DNA from: Chiloscyllium plagiosum
Taxonomy: Eukaryota
DNA: 41,814 bases
Assembly: GCF_004010195.1 (NCBI RefSeq)
Contig: NW_025215254.1
Coordinates: forward strand, 1-41,814
Reading direction: 5' to 3'
This document shows positions 36,501 to 41,814 of this stretch, one piece after another; the first letter of the stretch is position 1, and every line of letters starts with the position of its first letter. Made by a program: the position numbers and the translations under genes. The notes under the pieces were generated by a model that was not told where the DNA came from, ran no database searches, and worked only from the letters and a program-made list of their open reading frames with translations.

Positions 36501-37420
36501 TCCTTTTCTCCAATGAAAAAAGTCCGAGCTCAGTCAACCTCTCCTTATAAGATAAGCCCTCCAGTCCAGGCAGTATCCTGGTAAACCTCCTCTGAACCCT
36601 CTCCAATGCATCCACATCTTTCCTATAATAGGGTGACCAGAACTGGATGCAGTATTCCAAGTGCGGTCTAACCAAAGTTTTATAGAGCTGCAACAAGATC
36701 TCACGACTCTTAAACTCAATCCCCCTGTTAATGAAAGCCAAAACACCATATGCTTTCTTAACAACCCTGTCCACTTGGGTGGCCATTTTAAGTGATCTAT
36801 GTACCTGCACCCCAAGATCCCTCTGTTCCTCCACACTTCCAAGAATCCTATCCTTAATCCTGTACTCAGCTTTCAAATTTGACCTTCCAAAATGCATCAC
36901 CTCGCATTTATCCAGGTTGAACTCCATCTGCCACCTCTCAGTCCATCTCTGCATCCTGTCAATGTCCTGCTGCAGCCTACAACAGCCCTCTATATTGTCA
37001 ACGACACCTCCAACCTTTGTGTTGTCTACAAACTTGCTGACCCATCCTTGAATCCCCTCATCCAAGTCATTAATAAAAATTACAAATAGTAGAGGCCCAA
37101 GGACAGAGCCCTGTGGAACACCACTCACCACAGACTTCCAGGCAGAATATTTTCCTTCTACTACCACTCGCTGTCTTCTGTTGGCCAGCCAATTCTGTAT
37201 CCAGACAGCTAAGTTCCCCTGTATCCCATTCCTCCTGACCTTCTGAATGAGCCTACCATGGGGAACCTTATCAAATGCCTTGCTGAAGTCCATATATACC
37301 ACATCCACAGCTTGACCCTCATCAACCTTTCTAGTCACATCCTCAAAGAACTCAATAAGGTTTGTGAGGCATGACCTGCCCCTCACAAAGCCATGTTGAC
37401 TGCATTTAATCAATCCATGC
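36501..37420 (-). mobile_element. Young 5'-truncated CR1-like LINE with open RT frame
   Basis: About 300 uninterrupted codons: QHGFVRGRSCLTNL, DFSKAFDKVPH, GVPQGSVLGPLLF, FVDNTK; same subfamily as 22492-26053. Confidence 0.95.
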
Positions 37421-40015
37421 TGTTCTCTGTATGATACGCAGGGACTGCTGTTCTATATATTATGCACAGTGACTGCTGTTTTCTATATTAGACACAGCGA
37501 CTGCTTTTCCCGTCATTAAACACAGGGACCGCTGTTCTCTATATTGTGCACAGGGCTGTTGATCTCCATATTGTACACAGTGACTGCTGTTCTCTCTTAT
37601 ACATGGGCACTGTTGTCCTCTATGACAGACACAAGGACTGCTGTTCTCCACATTATACACAGTTAATTTTGTTCTCTATATTACACAGAGGGACTCCTGC
37701 TTTCTATAATATACACAGGGAGACATGTTCTCCATAATTTTCACAGTGACTGCTGTTCTCTATGTTATACACAGGGACTGCTAATCTGTTTATGAAATAC
37801 AGGGATTGCTGTTCTCTTTATTAAACACAGGGAATGCTGTTCTCTATATTGTGCACAGGGGCCGCTGTTCTCTGCATTAGACACAGGCACTGAAATTCTC
37901 TAAAATAGGCATAGGCACTGCTGTTCTCTATACTGTACACAGGGATAGCTGTTCTCTATTTTATACACAGTGACTCATGTTCTCTGTATTATACACAGGG
38001 ATAGCTGTTCTCCACATTGTGCACAGGGACTACTGTAATCTATATTATACACAGGGACTGCTGTTTTTTATATTGTGCACAAGCACTGCTCTTTTCTATA
38101 TTGTAACTAGGGACTCCTGCTTTCTATATTATGCAAAGGGATAGCTGTTCTCTATATTATACACAGTGACTCATGTTCACTATATTGTGCACAGGACTGC
38201 TCATACAGAGTCATAGAGATGTACAGCATGGAAACAGACACTTCGGTCCAACCCCTCCATGCCGACCAGATATCCCAACCCAATCTAGTCCCACCTGCCA
38301 GCACCCGGCCCATATCCCTCCAAACCCTTCCTATTCATAAACCCTGTATATTATACACAGCGACTGCTGTTCTCTTTATTATGCACAGCGACTGCTGTTC
38401 TTGATATTATACTCAGAGACTGCTTTTCTCTATATCATACTCAGGGAGGACTGTTCCCTACAATGTACACAGGCACTGCTGTTCTCTGCATGCGTGTAGG
38501 GACTGCTGTTCTCTATTTTATACAGAGGGACTGCTGTTCTATATATTATACACACTGGCTCATGTTCTCTATATTATACTGAAGGATAGCTGTTTTCCAG
38601 ATTGTACACAGGGATTGCTGTTATATATATTATGCACAGTGACTGCTGTTCTCTACATTAGACACAGAGATTGCTGCTCTCTTAATTAAACACGGGGATA
38701 GCTGTTCTCTATATTGTGCACAGCGACTGCTGTTTGTTATGTTATGCACAGGGACTGCTGCTCTCTATATTATACACTGGGATACCTGTTCTCTATATTG
38801 TACACAATGACTCATGTTCTCTTTATTATACACAGGGAAAGCAGTTCTCTTTATTATACACAGGGATTCATGTTCTGTATATTATACACAGCGACTGGTG
38901 TTCTCCATATTAGACACAGGGATTGCTGTTCTTTCCATTGTGCAGAGGGACTGATGTTCTCTGTATTATGTACAGAGACTGCTGTTCTCTGTATTATACA
39001 CAGGGACTGCTGTTCTCTATATTGTGCACAGCAACTGTTGCCCCCTGCAATGTATACAGGTACTGCTGTTCCCTATGGTGAATGCATGGGCTGCTGGTCT
39101 CTGCATTGTACACAGTTACTGCTGTTCTCTGCATATGCGCAGGGACTGCTGTTCTCTATTTTATACTTAGAGACTTGCTGTTCTCTATGTTATACACAGC
39201 GTCTGCTCATCTCTGTATTGTACTGAGGGACTGCAGTTCTCTATATTATACACAGGGACTGCCTTTCTCTATAGTATACACAGGAACTACAATTCTGTAT
39301 AATAGACACAGGAACTGCTTGTTCCCTCTATTATACTCAGGGACTGTTCTTTTGTGTAATAAACACAGAGACTGTTGTTCTTTCTATCATACACAGGCAC
39401 TGCTGTTCTCTATATTATACTCAGAGATTACTGTTCTCCACAATGTACCGAGGCACTGCTGTTCTCTGGATTGCACACGGATTGCTGTTGTCCACATTGT
39501 ACACTGTTCTCTGCATTGTGCCCTGGGACTGCTGTTCTCTATAATATACGCAGGGACTGTTGTTCTCTATGTTTTACACTGGGACTGCAGATCTCTGTAT
39601 TGTACAGAGGGATGGCTATTTTGTGGAATAGACACAGGTACAGCTGTTGTCTATTTTGTACAGGGATTGCTATTCTCTATATTACACATAAGAACTGCTG
39701 TTCTTTATAGTGTACAGGGGGACTGCTGTTCTCTACATTATACACAGGGAATGCTGGTCTCTACAATGCACAAAGACTCTGCTGTTCAAGACATTGTATA
39801 CAGGGACTGCAATTCCCTACGCTGTACACAGGTTCTGCTGTTCTCCAGTGTATGCTGGACTGCTGTTCTCTTAACAATACCCAGGGACTGCTGTTCTCTA
39901 CAATAAACACAAGGACTACTGTTCTCCATGTTTTCACAGGGACAGTTATTTTTCACATTTTGGGCAGGGATTGCTGTTCTCTATATTATACTCAGACACT
40001 GGTGTTCTCTATATT
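37418..40015 (+). repeat. ~28-bp satellite, consensus ACACAGGGACTGCTGTTCTCTATATTAT
   Basis: Continuous diverged tandem units visible directly. Confidence 0.95.
38201..38340 (-). mobile_element. CR1-like 3' end fragment inserted in satellite
   Basis: CATAGAGATGTACAGCATGGAAACAGAC...CCCATATCCCTCCAAACCCTTCCTATTCA, similar to 1261-1390. Confidence 0.85.
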
Positions 40016-41452
40016 ATACAGAGAACAGCAGTCCCTGTGTCTATCTTAGAGAACAGCAGTCCCTGTATCTATCTTAGAGAACAGCAGGCCCTGTGTACAA
40101 TATAGAGAACTGCAGCCCCTCTGTCCATACACAGCAGTCCCTGTGTATAATATAGAGAACAGCAGTCCCTGTGTACAATATAGAGAATATGCGTCACGGT
40201 GTATAATATAGAGAACAACTATCCATGTGCGTGATATAGAGAGCAGCAGTCCCTGTGTATAATATAGAGGACAGCAGTACCTGTGCACAATATAAAGAAC
40301 AGCAGTCCCTGTGGCTTATACAGAGAACAGCAGTCCATATGTATAATCTAGAGAACAGCAGTCACTATGTACAATGTAGAGAAAAGCACTCTTTGTGTAC
40401 AATGTAGAGAACAGCAGTCCCTGTGTACAATATAGAGAGCAGCAGTCACTGTCTTTAATATAGAGAACTACAGTCCCTGTGTATATTATAGAGAACAGCA
40501 GTCCCTCTGTCTATTTTAGAGAATGGCAGTGCCTTTGCAGTCCCTGGGTCTAATACAGAGGACAGCAGTCCACATGTATAATCTAGAGAAAAGCACTCTG
40601 TGCACAATGTAGAGAACAGCAGTCCCTCTGAACAATACAGAGAACAATACAGAGTCCCTGTATGTAATAGAGAATATCAGTCCCTGAGTCTTTTTCAGTG
40701 AACATCAGTGCCTGTGCAGAATCTAAAGAACAGCAGTCCCTGTGCACAATATGCAGAACAGCAGTCCCTGTGTATAATATAAAGAACAACAGTGTCTGTG
40801 CATAACATAGAGAACTGCAGTCCCTGTGGACAATATAGAGAATATGAGTCCCTGTGTGTAATATAGAGAACAGCAGTCCCTATGTAAAATATAGAGAACA
40901 GCAGTTCATATGTATAATATAGAGACGAGCATTCCGTGTCTTATAAAGAGAACAGCAGTCCATAGGTATAACACAGAGAATAGCAGTCACTGTGTATAAT
41001 ATAGATAAAAGCGCTTTCTGTGTCCAATGGAGAATATGAGTCATTGTTTATAATACAGAGAACAGCTATCCCAGTGTGTAATATAGAGAGCAGCAGTCAC
41101 TGTGTTTAATATAGAGGACAGCAGTGGTGCCTGTGCACAATATAAAGAACAGCAGTCCCTGTGTAAAATATAGAGAACAGCAGTTCATATGTGGAACATA
41201 GAGAAGAGCAGTCACTCTGTACAATGTTGAGAACAACAGTCCGTGTGTACAATATAGAGAGCAGCAGTCACTGTCTTTAATATAGAGAACAACAGTCCCT
41301 GTGTCTATTTTAGAGAACAGTCCCTGTGTATAATATAGAGAATAGCAGGCCCCGTATCTATTTCAGAGAACATGAGTGCCTGTGCATAATATAAAGAACA
41401 GCAGTCCCTGTGTACCATATGGAAAACAACAGTCCCTGTGTATAATACAGAG
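40016..41452 (-). repeat. Same ~28-bp satellite in opposite orientation (ATAATATAGAGAACAGCAGTCCCTGTGT on +)
   Basis: Reverse complement of the upstream consensus. Confidence 0.95.
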
Positions 41453-41814
41453 AAGGCAAAAACAATGACTGCAGATGCTGGAAATCAGAGTCTAGATTAG
41501 AGTGATGCTGAAAAAGCACAGCAGTTCAGGTAGCATCCGAGGAGCAGTAAAATCGAAGTTTCGGGCAAAAACCCTTCATCAGGAATACAGGCAGAGAGCC
41601 TGAAGGGTGGAGAGATAAGTGAGATGAGGGTAGGTGTGGGGAGAAAGTAGCATAGAGTACAATAGTTGACTGGGGGAGGGGATGAAGGTGATAGGTCAGG
41701 GAGGAGGGTGGAGTGGATAGGTGGAAATGTAGATAGGCAGGTAGGACAAGTCATGGGGAAGTTTGGAACTGGGGTGAGGTGGGGGAAGGGGAAATGAGGA
41801 AACTGTTGAAGTCC
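41453..41814 (-). mobile_element. Penelope-like terminal repeat with hammerhead motif (41551-41590)
   Basis: Minus strand reads CTGATGA-A-GGGT-TTTT-GCCC-GAAACTTC; related to the repeats at 16948-17030 and 23953-24097. Confidence 0.75.

Noticed and set aside
38714..40789. Cys/Tyr/Leu-rich ORFs up to 274 aa
   Set aside because: Translations of the 28-bp satellite in several frames, with no domain structure.

Overview
Repeat-dense vertebrate genomic DNA, very probably from a shark or other cartilaginous fish (HE1/V-SINE-type SINEs, elasmobranch-style CR1 LINEs, Penelope-like elements), with four N-gaps. No intact protein-coding gene is visible. Most of the window is CR1-like LINE debris, SINEs, Penelope-like elements whose terminal repeats carry minimal hammerhead-ribozyme motifs, one solo-LTR-like element, a possible hAT remnant and a ~28-bp satellite that flips orientation near 40,015. 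The non-transposon DNA is largely three paralogous + strand copies of one unit (A ~510-8510, B ~11506-16675, C ~31139-36000). Read across splice-like sites, these give a decayed multi-exon class A GPCR of PAR/P2Y type: a signal-peptide-like exon, short Ser/Thr/Pro-rich phase-1 exons, a juxtamembrane exon, then TM1-TM2-ECL1-TM3. An inverted TM5-TM7-like fragment lies at 19168-19410. All family assignments come from recognising motifs by eye, not from database searches, and most repeat boundaries are approximate.
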